Positions 30,441-43,138 of a stretch of 64,000 nucleotides of DNA are shown piece after piece. The notes under the pieces were generated by a model, which searched no databases, was not told the DNA's origin, and worked only from the letters and a program-made list of their open reading frames with translations. Each line of letters starts with the position of its first letter. Positions within the stretch are counted from its first letter, which is position 1. Position numbers and translations under genes: made by a program. Source of the DNA: an uncultured bacterium (lineage in GTDB: Bacteria > Krumholzibacteriota > Krumholzibacteriia > Krumholzibacteriales > Krumholzibacteriaceae); assembly GCA_963813815.1 (NCBI GenBank), contig CAWFAD010000007.1:128001-192000 (forward strand), given 5' to 3'.

Positions 30441-31241
30441 CGGAGACCGGGGCGGTGTGGTGCGGTGCGGGGTTTTCTCTCATTTCTCGTCGATTCGCTT
30501 CTCCCCGTTTCCTGCCTCGTCTGCGGGCGCGACATCAGCGCGGCCGAGGAGCCCCGTCCGGCTGAGGGATGGATCGGGCCGGGGGGCGTCTATGATCCGG
30601 GCCGCATCACCTTCGAGCCCGTCGCCGGCATCCGGATGCCGGCGCGGGTGCTCTGCCGCGAGTGCTGGGGGCTCCTCGAGCGCCCGCCGGGGCGCTCGAC
30701 CCTCGGCGTCTCCGCCGCGTCCGTTCCGCTCGTTTCGCCCTTCTATACGAACGACGCGCTCCTCTCGCTCGTGCGCTTTCTCAAGTTCGGGGGAGGGAGG
30801 TCCGCCGCGCCCCCGCTCGCGTGGTGGATGGCCGCGTCGTTGCTCGAGCTTCTCGAGCGGGAGCGCGGGGGCGAGCGCGGGAGGACCCTCCTCGTGCCCG
30901 TTCCCCTGCACCCGCGGCGGCTTCGGGAGAGGGGGTACAACCAGGCCCTCCTTCTCGCCGAGGGGGTCGGTCGATGGCTCGGTCTTCGCGTGGAGCCCGA
31001 TACGATCGTTCGCTCGAAGAATACGGCGAGCCAGTCGAAACTCGAGGAAGGCGCCCGGGCCGCGAACGTGCGCGGGGCCTTCCGGCTCGAGGGGCGCGAA
31101 CTCGTTGCCGGGCGTCATATTATACTGGTGGATGATCTCGTCACCACGGGCGAGACTGCCCGGGCGTGTCTCGAGACCATCCTCGCCGCGTCCCCCGCGT
31201 CGTCCGCCGTTCTCGCCGCCGGCAGGGTCCGGGACTCGTGC

Positions 31242-31270
31242 TTGACAGGGGAGAAGCGATATGCCAGCAT
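31242..31270 (+). promoter_or_regulatory. Candidate sigma70 promoter for the glycolytic operon
   Basis: TTGACA-N17-CAGCAT, about 45 nt upstream of the fba start. Confidence 0.5.
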
Positions 31271-31314
31271 TGCCCCTGCGCGATTCGAATCAACGCCAAG
31301 CAAGGGAGGAAACC

Positions 31315-33271
<1,957 letters not shown>

Positions 33272-33304
33272 CACGTGCGGCGCCGCGGCAAGGAGGAGAC
33301 GCCT

Positions 33305-34504
33305 GTGAGAAAGAAGACGCTTCGTGACGTGAATCTCGGGGGCCGCCGGATTCTCATGCGGGTCGATTTCAACGTTCCCCTCTCGAAGCAGGGGGATATC
33401 ACCGACGACACGCGCGTGCGCGCGTCGCTCCCGAGCATCAACCACATCATGGAGCAGGGCGGATCCGTCGTTCTCGTCTCGCACCTCGGGCGGCCGAAAG
33501 GGACGAGAAACAAGGCGTACACCCTCCGGCCGGTGGCCGACTGTCTCGGCGGTCTCGTGGACTACCCGGTGAAGTTCGTCGAGGACTGCGTCGGCCCCGA
33601 CGTCGAGAAGATCGTGGGAAAGCTCGCGAGCGGAGAGATTGCGCTCCTCGAGAACCTGCGTTTCTATCCCGACGAGGAAGCGAACGACCCCGCCTTCGCG
33701 AAGGCGCTCGCTTCCCACGGGGACCTCTTCGCGAACGACGCCTTCGGAACGGCGCATCGCGCCCACGCGTCGACGGAAGGGGTGACGCGGTTCTTTAGGG
33801 AGAACGTCGCGGGTTTCCTCATGGAGAAGGAGATCGACGCGCTCGAGGGGCTGCTCGGGAGCCCGGCGCGGCCCTTCGTCGCCGTCATGGGCGGCGCCAA
33901 GGTCTCCGGCAAGCTCGATCTCATACGAAACCTCCTCGCCCGGGTCGACCGGGTGCTCATCGGCGGCGGCATGGCCTTCACCTTCTTCCGGGCGGCCGGT
34001 CTCGAGATCGGCACGTCGCTCGTCGACGACTCGCTCGTGCCGATGTGCCGATCGCTCATGGAGGAGATCGAACGGACCGGGAAGAAGCGCATCCTCCTGC
34101 CGGTCGACTGCCTCGTCGCGAAAGAGGTGAACGCCTCGTCCGAGGCGTCCCTCGTCTCGACGGGCGACATTCCGGAGGACATGGCCGGAGTCGACATCGG
34201 GGATCGGACGGTGGATCTGTTCCGGGAGGAGCTCTCCGCCGCGAAAACCGTTTTCTGGAACGGCCCCATGGGGGTGTTCGAGATCCCGCAGTTCGCGGGC
34301 GGAACGAAGAAGATCGCCCGCATCATGGCGGACATCACGAGGAATGGCGCGAAGACCGTCGTGGGCGGCGGGGACAGCGTCGCCGCGCTCAACCAGGCGG
34401 GCCTCGGAAACAGGGTGAGCCACGTGTCGACCGGCGGCGGCGCGTCCCTCGAGCTCCTCGAGGGCAAGAAGCTCCCGGGAGTGGAAGCCCTCTCGGACCG
34501 CTGA
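33305..34504 (+). CDS. pgk: Phosphoglycerate kinase
   Basis: RVDFNVP; SHLGRP; LLENLRF; GGAKVSGK; STGGGASLE. Confidence 0.97.
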   Translation: MRKKTLRDVNLGGRRILMRVDFNVPLSKQGDITDDTRVRASLPSINHIMEQGGSVVLVSHLGRPKGTRNKAYTLRPVADCLGGLVDYPVKFVEDCVGPDVEKIVGKLASGEIALLENLRFYPDEEANDPAFAKALASHGDLFANDAFGTAHRAHASTEGVTRFFRENVAGFLMEKEIDALEGLLGSPARPFVAVMGGAKVSGKLDLIRNLLARVDRVLIGGGMAFTFFRAAGLEIGTSLVDDSLVPMCRSLMEEIERTGKKRILLPVDCLVAKEVNASSEASLVSTGDIPEDMAGVDIGDRTVDLFREELSAAKTVFWNGPMGVFEIPQFAGGTKKIARIMADITRNGAKTVVGGGDSVAALNQAGLGNRVSHVSTGGGASLELLEGKKLPGVEALSDR

Positions 34505-34515
34505 GGATCGATCGC

Positions 34516-35268
34516 ATGAGAAAAACGATCATCGCCGGCAACTGGAAAATGAACAAGGATCACGTCGAGGGAGCCTCTCTCTCGCGCGACATCGCCGCGG
34601 GGCTGGCCGGCGCCGCGCCGTCCTGCGAGGTCGTTCTCATCCCGCCCTTCACGAGCCTTCCCGCCGTGATCGAGGCGATGCGCGGCTCGGTGGCGAAGGT
34701 GGGCGCGCAGGATATCTCGGCCGAGGACGAAGGCGCCTTTACCGGAGAGGTTTCCGGGCGGATGCTCCGCGCCTTGGGGTGCGCGTACGCTCTCGTCGGA
34801 CACTCCGAGCGCCGCCACGTCATCGGCGAGGGGGCGGGGCTCCTCTCGAGGAAGCTCCGCGCGGCGCTGAGAAGCGGCCTCGTTCCCATCTACTGCGTCG
34901 GAGAGCTTCTCGACGAGCGCGAGTCCGGCGCCGCCGGCGCGGTCGTCGAGCGGCAGATCCGCGAGGGATGCGAAGGGCTCTCGCCCGAGGAGTTTTCCCG
35001 CGTCGTCATCGCCTACGAGCCGGTCTGGGCGATCGGAACCGGCAAGACGGCGACCCCGCGGGACGCCTCCGACATGCACGGCGCGATTCGGCGGCTCGTC
35101 GGCGCCCTCTTCGGCGCTCAGGCGGCCGAATCGACCCCGATTCTCTACGGCGGCAGCGTCAAGCCCGAGAGCGCTCCCGGTCTGCTCTCCAACGGCGAGA
35201 TCGACGGATTGCTCGTCGGGGGCGCGTCGCTCTCGGCCGGTTCCTTCCTGGCGATCATCCCCCGATAA
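34516..35268 (+). CDS. tpiA: Triosephosphate isomerase
   Basis: AGNWKMN; GHSERR; AYEPVWAIGTG; LYGGSV; LVGGASL. Confidence 0.97.
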   Translation: MRKTIIAGNWKMNKDHVEGASLSRDIAAGLAGAAPSCEVVLIPPFTSLPAVIEAMRGSVAKVGAQDISAEDEGAFTGEVSGRMLRALGCAYALVGHSERRHVIGEGAGLLSRKLRAALRSGLVPIYCVGELLDERESGAAGAVVERQIREGCEGLSPEEFSRVVIAYEPVWAIGTGKTATPRDASDMHGAIRRLVGALFGAQAAESTPILYGGSVKPESAPGLLSNGEIDGLLVGGASLSAGSFLAIIPR

Positions 35269-35273
35269 ATCAT

Positions 35274-35302
35274 TTGACTGCATAGGGGGATTTCATTAAA
35301 CT
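35274..35302 (+). promoter_or_regulatory. Sigma70 promoter for secG-tRNA
   Basis: TTGACT-N17-TAAACT. Confidence 0.6.
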
Positions 35303-35332
35303 ACTACCTTTGAAAAGGCTGGTGATCGGATA

Positions 35333-35731
35333 ATGTTCACTGTTGCGCTCATCCTACATGTACTTGTCTGCGTGCTGCTGACGATCGTCGTATTGCTGCA
35401 GTCGTCCCGGGGGGCGGCGCTCTCTGCGGCGTTCGGCGGAAGCGGCGGACAAATCTTCGGCGGCCGCGAGGCGGCTACCTTCCTCGGGAAGGCGACGACG
35501 TGGCTCGCCATCGGCTTTTTCGTCACCTCGCTCGCGCTCGCCTTTCTATCGGCGGGGCGTGGCCAGGGCGGAGAGTCGAGCGTCCTCAAGAAGGCGGCGC
35601 GCGAGCAGTGGGGAACCGTCGTGCCCGAGGAGCAGAAGGCCGTGAGCGACGTCATGGGTAACGTGCCGCAGCCGGCCGAGGGCGAGGAACAGGGCGGCGC
35701 TGCCGAGCCGGCTCAACAGGGCGGCGAGTAA
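35333..35731 (+). CDS. secG: Preprotein translocase subunit SecG
   Basis: VLLQSSRGAALSAAFGG..FL.KAT; follows tpiA. Confidence 0.92.
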   Translation: MFTVALILHVLVCVLLTIVVLLQSSRGAALSAAFGGSGGQIFGGREAATFLGKATTWLAIGFFVTSLALAFLSAGRGQGGESSVLKKAAREQWGTVVPEEQKAVSDVMGNVPQPAEGEEQGGAAEPAQQGGE

Positions 35732-35751
35732 CCGGACGATACAAGCTTTAT

Positions 35752-35833
35752 GCCGGGGTGGTGGAATTGGTAGACACGCTACTTTGAGGGGGTAGTGGGG
35801 CGACCCATGCGGGTTCAAATCCCGCCCCCGGCA
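35752..35833 (+). tRNA. tRNA-Leu(GAG)
   Basis: Acceptor stem GCCGGGG/CCCCGGC+A; D-arm GGAATTGGTAGAC; anticodon loop TTGAGGG; long variable arm; GGTTCAAATCC T-arm; CCA not encoded. Confidence 0.93.
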
Positions 35834-35906
35834 TGAGAACTATACGGGGCACGAGAACCGGCCCCGTTTTTCTATCAGAGGCGTTGGCGAGGAGAAGGGC
35901 GAGGGG

Positions 35907-36413
35907 ATGGATCGATTTCTCGAATCGTACGCAGGGCCGCTGACGCTCGCGGCGCTCGTCGCCGCCGTCGCGGCGCTCGTGATCGCCGTCCTCGCCATCG
36001 TCGACCTGCGCCGCCTCAAACGCCCCTTCCGCGGCATGGCGGAGGTCTACGAGAAGCAGGGGACCGAACAGGCCCTCGGCGAGCTTCTCAAGGGAATCGA
36101 CGAGAACCGCGAGTTTCTGCGGACGCACTCGGAGGAGATCCGCCGGATTCTCCGGCTGCTGGCCGTGAGCTACGCCGGGATGGGGCTCGTCAAGTACAAC
36201 GCCTTCGAGGATATCGGCGGCATGCAGAGCTATTCCCTCTGCCTTCTCACGCGCGAGAAAAACGGCTGCATTCTCACGAATCTCGTCGGACGCACCTCCA
36301 CGCGCGGATACGCCCTCGATGTGACCAACGGGAAGCCTTCGCGGAAGCTGAGCGACGAGGAAAAAGAGGCCTACGAATTCGCCGTCAGGTCCCTCTCCGC
36401 GGGCGATTCCTGA
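35907..36413 (+). CDS. DUF4446-family membrane-anchored protein
   Basis: N-terminal TM; VKYNAFEDIGG.QSYS..NG.ILT..GR..RGYA..LSDEEKEA. Confidence 0.75.
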   Translation: MDRFLESYAGPLTLAALVAAVAALVIAVLAIVDLRRLKRPFRGMAEVYEKQGTEQALGELLKGIDENREFLRTHSEEIRRILRLLAVSYAGMGLVKYNAFEDIGGMQSYSLCLLTREKNGCILTNLVGRTSTRGYALDVTNGKPSRKLSDEEKEAYEFAVRSLSAGDS

Positions 36414-36436
36414 TCGGCTCGGGGAGCGGGGGCGCT

Positions 36437-37054
36437 CTAGCGGCGGCCCCGCCAGGTCCGGTACATCGATTTCACGTAGATAAATCCCGCCGCCATGCCG
36501 CCGAGGTGCGCGAAGTGGGCTATGCCGTCCCCTCCGGTGAAGCCGCTCACGAACTCGATGATCACGACGAAGATGACGAGCGTGCGCGCGCGGACGGGCA
36601 GGATCCCCCAGACATACACCTCGTTGTACGGGAAGAGCATCGCATAGGCCAGCAGTATGCCGTACCCGGCGCCCGAGGCGCCGATAACCGTCGTGTTGAA
36701 TGAGAAGATGAAGCTCCCGAGCGCGCCGCCGAGGCCGCACACGAAGTAGTATCGCAGAAAGCGCTGGCTGCCCCAGACCCCCTCGAGCGGGCTTCCGAAC
36801 ATGTAGATGATGAACATGTTGAGAAGGAGGTGCCAGAAGCCTCCATGGAGGAACATGTAGGTCACGAGCTGCCAGACGAAGCCCTTCGTGACGACGAGGC
36901 GCGGCAGGAGCCCGAAAAAATCGATGAACGCGGTGTTGCGGAGCATGAGCTCGAGGACGAAGATGACGGCGTTGACGATGATGATCTGGTTGACGACGCT
37001 TTCCGTGAGGAAGGCGACGATCGGATTCGACGAGTATTTTCTATAGTAGGACAT
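36437..37054 (-). CDS. Rhomboid intramembrane serine protease
   Basis: WQLVTYMFLHGGFWHLLLNM; IGASG; AHFAHLGG. Confidence 0.9.
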   Translation of the reverse strand: MSYYRKYSSNPIVAFLTESVVNQIIIVNAVIFVLELMLRNTAFIDFFGLLPRLVVTKGFVWQLVTYMFLHGGFWHLLLNMFIIYMFGSPLEGVWGSQRFLRYYFVCGLGGALGSFIFSFNTTVIGASGAGYGILLAYAMLFPYNEVYVWGILPVRARTLVIFVVIIEFVSGFTGGDGIAHFAHLGGMAAGFIYVKSMYRTWRGRR

Positions 37055-37230
37055 GCGGTGCATCCTCTCTCGAACGGTGCCGTTGCCGTCATAATACCGT
37101 ATCGACCCCGCGGGGGCAACCGCCGATGGCCACTATTTTCGAATCGAATCCGGCGAGCGGGCCGCGCGGCCGCGAGGGGCACCGCTCGAAAATCATTGCG
37201 CGTCCGCGCGCGTTCGGCGATCATCGCCTC

Positions 37231-38965
37231 GTGACGCGAAGGCAGGCGAGAGCGTTCCTGCGCGCGGCCTTTCTGGCCGCGCTGCTCGACCCGCCGCACG
37301 GGATCCTCTCGGGAGCCCGGGGGGCGGAAGGGGCGCTTGTGGCCGGGGAGGCTCCCGCGGTGGAAGCCGTATTTTACAACGGGACGATATACACGATGGA
37401 CGCCTCCCGGTCCGTCGTCGAGGCCGTCGCGGTCGGCGGCGGCAGGATCGTCGGGCTCGGAAGCTCGGCGGATCTGCTCGCGGGGTGTCCGTCCGGCGCC
37501 GCGCGGATCGATCTCGGCGGCCGCGCCGTCATTCCGGGGCTCACGGACGCGCACGCTCATTTTCTGAGCTACGCCGAGAAGGCGGCGTGGGCGGATCTTC
37601 GCGGCACCCGCTCATCGGAGGGTGCGCTCGCCCGAGTCGCGGGTCACGCGCACCGGACGGGCGACGGGTGGGCGCTCGGAAGGGGATGGGATCAGAACGA
37701 TTGGCCGGAGGCCGTCTATCCCCGCCGGGACGGGATCGACGGCGCCGTCCGGGGCCCCGCCTACCTCGTTCGCGTGTGCGGGCACGCGGCCTGGGTCAAT
37801 ACCGCGGCTCTGCGCCTCGCCGGCATCGACGCGCGCACTCCCGATCCCCCGGGAGGCAGGATCGCGCGCGACGCCTCCGGCGAGCCCACGGGGATTCTCT
37901 TCGACAACGCCATGGATCTCGTTTCGAGGCACATTCCGTCCTTCGATGCGGCCGAGAAGAAGCGGCTGCTCCGCGAGGCCGCGAAGCGGTGTCTCGCCGC
38001 GGGACTCGTCGGCGTGCACGAGATGGGCATCGGTCCGGACGCGGTCTCGCTGTACGAAGAGCTCTACGCCGCGGGAGAGCTTCCCTTCCGCGTCACCGCT
38101 TACCTCGAGGGAAGCGATCCCGGACTCGAGAGCCTCCTCGAGGCCGGGCCGTCTGGACCGGGGGGCGCGCGATCGATTCTCGATCGTCGGCGTGAAGTTC
38201 TACGCCGACGGATCGCTCGGCGCGCGCAGCGCCGCGCTCCTCGAAGACTACGATGACGATCCGGGGAACCGCGGCATTATGGTCACCGAGCCGGACACCC
38301 TCTCCGCGCGGATGCTTCGCTGCCATGATCGCGGTTTTCAGATCGCGGTGCACGCGATCGGCGACGCGGCCGTCCGCGCCGTGCTCGACCAGTACGAAAG
38401 GACGCTCAATCTTCGCCCCGCGCCGGACCGGCGACACCGGATCGAGCACGTTCAGCTGATTTCCCGCGCCGACATTCCGCGACTGGCCTCTCTCGGCGTC
38501 GTTCCCTCGATGCAGTTCACGCATTGCACCTCCGACATGCCCTGGGTGCGCTCACGGATCGGCCCCGCACGCGAGACGGGCGCCTACGCTTGGCGCTCGA
38601 TCATCGATTCGGCCGGGAGGATCCCCGGAGGCAGCGATTTTCCCATCGAATCGATCGACCCCTTGCTCGGCATCCACGCCGCGGCGACGAGAGCCGATCT
38701 CGATGGAAATCCCCGGGGCGGCTGGCATCCGGGGGAGCGCCTCACCGTGTACGAGGCGGTGAAGGCCTTCACGGTCGATGCGGCGTGGGCGGCTCACCGG
38801 GAGGATATAGCCGGCGACCTCTCTCCGGGCAAGCTCGCCGACTTCGTCGTGCTCTCGGACGATATATTCGCGGCGGAGGCCTCCGACATACCGCGAATCC
38901 GCGTGCTCGCGACGATTCTCGGTGGCGAGATCGTTCACCGGGCCGGCGATTTTCCGCTTCACTGA
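37231..38965 (+). CDS. Amidohydrolase, YtcJ-like (frameshift in G-run near 38160-38165)
   Basis: IPGLTDAHAH; GRGWDQ; GHAAWVNT; then KFYADGSLGARSA, HAIGD, HRIEH, GGSDFP, GKLADFVVL; start uncertain. Confidence 0.85.
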
Positions 38966-40681
38966 ATCTTGCGTTCGATGACCGGAAGGGGCAGCCCCCG
39001 CTCCCGCGCGAGGAGGGCGCGAGCCTTCTGCCGCGGTCTGCCGGAGACGTCCGGCTCCGTCATCCGCTCGACCATGCGCTCGACGAGAATCATGGAAATG
39101 CCCGGCCAGGCGACCGACGGAGAAACCGCGCCGGCAAGCGCCTCGCGCTCGCCGTCCTCCCGCTCGAGACGAGCCGTCTCCACGAAATAGCCCGCCGCCC
39201 TTTCGGTCGTGAGCGTGCCGGTGTGGATGCGAAGAACGACGACCGTCCTCGCGAGGCGCAGGGTCCAGTCGTCGATGAGACGCAGGTAGAGCTCCGGATC
39301 GTTCTTTCGCAGATTTTCGGCGATATCGGCGAGCGCGAGGTGGGCGAGCCCCTCGCGCCACGTTTCGCTCGCGAAGACCACGGCAACCGTGTCCGCCGAC
39401 TCGCAGACGAGGCGGTCCGCCTCGAGGAGGGCCGGAGCGGCCGCGAGCAGGGCGTAGCGGAGCGCCCCGTCGTCGAGTCGCGGGGCGTAGCCTGAGAGGA
39501 GAACGAAGGGGCGGCACGAGCCGGAACCGAGGGGCGTGACGCCGGCGATCACCGCGGGAGCTTCGAGGATCGGAAGGGAGAAGTAGGGACTTTTCGGCGC
39601 CGCCGCGGCGAAGCGCGTGTCCGCCGGGGCGCGGATCGACGGCGCCGGGCCGCGCGAGACGCCGAAGGAAACGCCCCGGCCGCCCGAGGTCCACAGCGTG
39701 TCGATGGCGCGCGAGGCGAACGCCCCGGGCGATTCGGAGGCGCCCACGGCCGGCATTCTGAAAAAGCGCGCGCGGGGGGCGCCGCCCGCGGCCTCCGCGC
39801 GGCCTTTTTCCGCCTCGAGCCGCTTCGCCGCCGAGGCGCGATCGGCGGCGAGCCTCGTGATTCTCCGTTCGGCTTCCGCGACGAGCATGTTCGGATCGGC
39901 GTCGAGGAGCTCGTCGTGGAGGAACACCATCGAGAGATTTTCCGCCCCGAGGATGAGCCCGCCGCGGGCGGTTGCGAGAAGCGGGCCGGCGAGATGATTT
40001 TTCAAGAGAGAGAGAGCCCCGCGAGCCGACTCCAGCTCGCCGTCGAAGGGCCTTCCGTATCGCGCCTCGGCGAGCCGGCCGATGTCGTCGATGCGCGAGT
40101 CGAGCTCGTCGAGCCTCATGACGGCGAAACGCGTGTGCGCCTCGGCGGGGTTGCGGAGCGACCGCGTCGCGTTCGAGCAGAGCTCCGCGATTGCGAGCAC
40201 GCGCCGGCGGTACGCCTCCGCCTCTCCCGGCCGCGCGGGCCCGAGCCGCGAGGGCATCTCCCCGAGCGCCTCCTCCGCGGCGCATACGTAGAGGAGGGGG
40301 CTCGTCCGCTGGATGGCGAGCGTCTCGAGCGCGAACCGCTCGCCCCGCGCCCAATGGATCATCACGCGAGCCTCGTCGACGTCGCGCTCCGAGAGCCCGG
40401 CCGCGCTGAGCTCCGAGAGCCGCCGGTCGAGACGCGCGAGACTCTTCACGGCGGCGGCGATCTCCATCCTCGCCGTAGACGAAGAGAAGCGAATCGGCGC
40501 CGGCGAACCCGAGACGGGAGGAGCGAAGCGGATGGATCTCCACATAGAGGCGCACGGCCTCCGCGGCGAGGCGGCGGTACGAGCTTCCCTCGTCCCTCGT
40601 TTTTCCGCCTCCGCAGCCGTGCTGAGAAGCAAGGACGAGGACGATCGTGAGGACGAGAGAAAGATGTCGTTTCACGCTCAT
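38959..40681 (-). CDS. DUF885-like lipoprotein, divergent (frameshift near 40466)
   Basis: Lipoprotein-like leader (..QHGCGG); HPLRSSRLG; C-terminal EGLAHLA..LRLARTVVVLRIHTG resembles the DUF885 EGWA.Y..R..R...D...H region. Confidence 0.6.
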
Positions 40682-40848
40682 GGCGGCCTTCCGGGGGACG
40701 CGGCTCCGTTCAACGCGCCCCCGCATCATGCTATATACCGGCTCGACGGGCGGGAGTAAACAGCTTTCGTCGTTATGGCTTGAGCGTCGCGGGGAAGGGC
40801 GGGTATACTGTGGGCCGGCGGTCCTCATCGGGACGCGCCGGAGGAAGC

Positions 40849-42309
40849 ATGGCGAATCGCTGGCAGAAATCGGGCGAGGGATTCATATCGCACCGCTTCG
40901 CGGTGGCCGTGATCGCCGCACTCTTCCTCGCGAGCCTCGCCGGCTGGATCGTCCAAGAGCTCGTGCCGCCCGATTTTCCCGGGCGGCGGCCGGTCTACGA
41001 GGAGTCGTGGAATCCGGGGGGCGCCCGGATCGTCGATCTGCTCCGGCTGTACGATCCGTTCCACTCTTTCTGGTACCGATCCGTTCTCGCGCTCTTCTTC
41101 GCCGTTCTCGTCGCCTGCAGCGTCACGCGCTTCCGCCGGATCGCCCTGCGGTCCCTTCGCGCTGAGCCGCCGGCCGCCCCCGGGGAGCTTCGAGGTCGCT
41201 CGCTCTCCCTCGACGTCTCCTGGCGTTCCCTCGCCGCCGGGGCGCGGGGCGCCGCGGATGTGCTGGCCTGGCACGGCGAGCGCTACGGGAGGGGCGAAGC
41301 GGTCGCCCCGCAGGCGCTCGAAGGCCTTTTCGCTCGCGTCGCCTCTCTTCTGCGGCGGCGGGGGCTGCGCGTCGAGTCCCTGCGCGACGGCGATTCCATC
41401 CGGTTCGCCGCCTCCTCCGGAAGATTCCGATCTCCCGGAGCGCTTCTCTTCCACGCCGGCATCGTCGCCATCACCCTCGGAGGGCTCATCGGAAGCATGC
41501 TCGGGCGGCGGGAGATGGTGTATCTCAAGGAAGGCGAGTCGGCGCCGCTTCCGCCCGACAGCACGGCCGCGCTCCGCGTCGACGATTTCCACATCGTAAC
41601 GACCGCTCACGGCGAGATCCGGGACTACGTTTCGACGATCACGATCGTCGGGGCGCGGGGGGATACGCTCGGCGCGGGCTCGATCGAGGTCAACCGCCCC
41701 TTCGAGTGGGGCGGCGTGAGGATCTACCAGAGCTCGTACACCGTGGGCGAGGGGGAATACTCCTGGGCGCGGCTGTCGTACCGGCTGCGCGGGGAGGCCG
41801 CGCCCCGCGAGGTGGATCTCGAGCCCGGCGTCGCGACCGTTCTCGGCGACAGCGTCGCCGCCGTTTCGGCCGTTCGATTCATCCCCGACTTTCGAAGGGG
41901 GCCGGAGGGGGCGTTCTCGGCGAGCCCGTATCCGGAGAATCCGGCGCTCGAGGTCGAGGTGTCCTCATCCGGCGTCGCGGAGAGGGGATGGCTCTTCCTG
42001 CGTCATGGCGAGTTCGACCGGCGCTTCGGCGCGGTCGCCGATCTCGCTCTCGAGGGGGTCGAGCCGGTCTACTACACGGGGCTCGAGATCGCCTCGAACC
42101 CGGGCGTTCCGTTTCTCTTCGCGGGGTTCGCCGCCGCGACCCTCGGCCTCATGCTCATGTATTTCTGCAATCCCCGGGTCATCAAGGGGATCGCGACGAG
42201 GGAAGGGCTGCTCATCGCGGGAGTCGCTTTCCGCTGGAAGGCGAGCTTCGAGCGCGAGTTCGCCGGGATCCTCGAGGCGATACGCGGGGAATTCGACGAA
42301 AGCGGGTGA
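40849..42309 (+). CDS. Cytochrome c biogenesis protein ResB/CcsB (system II)
   Basis: YDPFHSFWY..LVACS; LFHAG; EVNRPF..RIYQSSY; YTGLEIASNPGVP. Confidence 0.85.
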   Translation: MANRWQKSGEGFISHRFAVAVIAALFLASLAGWIVQELVPPDFPGRRPVYEESWNPGGARIVDLLRLYDPFHSFWYRSVLALFFAVLVACSVTRFRRIALRSLRAEPPAAPGELRGRSLSLDVSWRSLAAGARGAADVLAWHGERYGRGEAVAPQALEGLFARVASLLRRRGLRVESLRDGDSIRFAASSGRFRSPGALLFHAGIVAITLGGLIGSMLGRREMVYLKEGESAPLPPDSTAALRVDDFHIVTTAHGEIRDYVSTITIVGARGDTLGAGSIEVNRPFEWGGVRIYQSSYTVGEGEYSWARLSYRLRGEAAPREVDLEPGVATVLGDSVAAVSAVRFIPDFRRGPEGAFSASPYPENPALEVEVSSSGVAERGWLFLRHGEFDRRFGAVADLALEGVEPVYYTGLEIASNPGVPFLFAGFAAATLGLMLMYFCNPRVIKGIATREGLLIAGVAFRWKASFEREFAGILEAIRGEFDESG

Positions 42310-43124
42310 CGGACGTGCGGTACGCGGACACGATGCTCTTCTGGTATTCGTTCTGGACGTATCTCGCCTCGTTCGTTCTCTATTCGATTTTCGCGGCCCT
42401 CAAGGGGCGGCGGCTCGGCGCGGCGGCCTCGGTCGTCTTCGTCGCGGCGTTCGCCTGTCATACGGGCGCTCTCGCGGCCCGCTGGATCGCCACGACCCAC
42501 CCCCCCTTCTCGACGATGTACGAGTACGCGGTCACGATGTCGTGGGCGATAGCCGCGACGTTCATCGTCATCCTGGCCCGGTTCAGGCGGGCGTCGCTCG
42601 GCGTCGCCGTCTCGCCGCTTCTCATTCTCGTGCTCGTCATCGCTTCGCTGCTGCCGAAGGAGGCTTCGCAGCAGCTCATGCCCGCGCTCCAGAGCTACTG
42701 GTTCTACATCCACGTCACGCTCGCCGCGCTCTCGGAGGGCGCGTTCGTCGTGGCGGCGGCGGCCGGCATCGTATACCTCGCGCGCCGCAAAGGATCGAAG
42801 GGAAAGGGATCCTCCCCGGAAGCCGATCTCGTCGAGGAGGTCGTCGCGCGGGCCATCCGCTTCGGCTATCCGGTCTTTACGATCGGCGCGATGTTCGCCG
42901 GAGCCATCTGGGCGCAGTATGCGTGGGGGTCGTTCTGGAGCTGGGACCCGAAGGAGACGGGCTCGCTCGTCATCTGGCTCTACTACACGCTCGTTCTTCA
43001 CCAGAACGTTCGAGGCCGCTGGCGCGGCAAGGCGCTCGCCGTCGCGGCGATCGTAGGTTTCGCGCTCGCGCTCGTTTCTTTTCTGGGAAATCTCTTCCTC
43101 GGCGGGCTCCACGCCTACGTTTGA
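42306..43124 (+). CDS. ccsA: Cytochrome c biogenesis protein CcsA/ResC
   Basis: HPPFSTMYE; PALQSYWFYIHV; WWD motif WAQYAWGSFWSWDPKET; GLHAY. Confidence 0.92.
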   Translation: MTDVRYADTMLFWYSFWTYLASFVLYSIFAALKGRRLGAAASVVFVAAFACHTGALAARWIATTHPPFSTMYEYAVTMSWAIAATFIVILARFRRASLGVAVSPLLILVLVIASLLPKEASQQLMPALQSYWFYIHVTLAALSEGAFVVAAAAGIVYLARRKGSKGKGSSPEADLVEEVVARAIRFGYPVFTIGAMFAGAIWAQYAWGSFWSWDPKETGSLVIWLYYTLVLHQNVRGRWRGKALAVAAIVGFALALVSFLGNLFLGGLHAYV

Positions 43125-43138
43125 CGCGCCGGCCGGAA

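Noticed and set aside
35752..36500. Genomic island integrated at tRNA-Leu
   Set aside because: No integrase, no duplicated tRNA 3' end noticed, no compositional shift downstream
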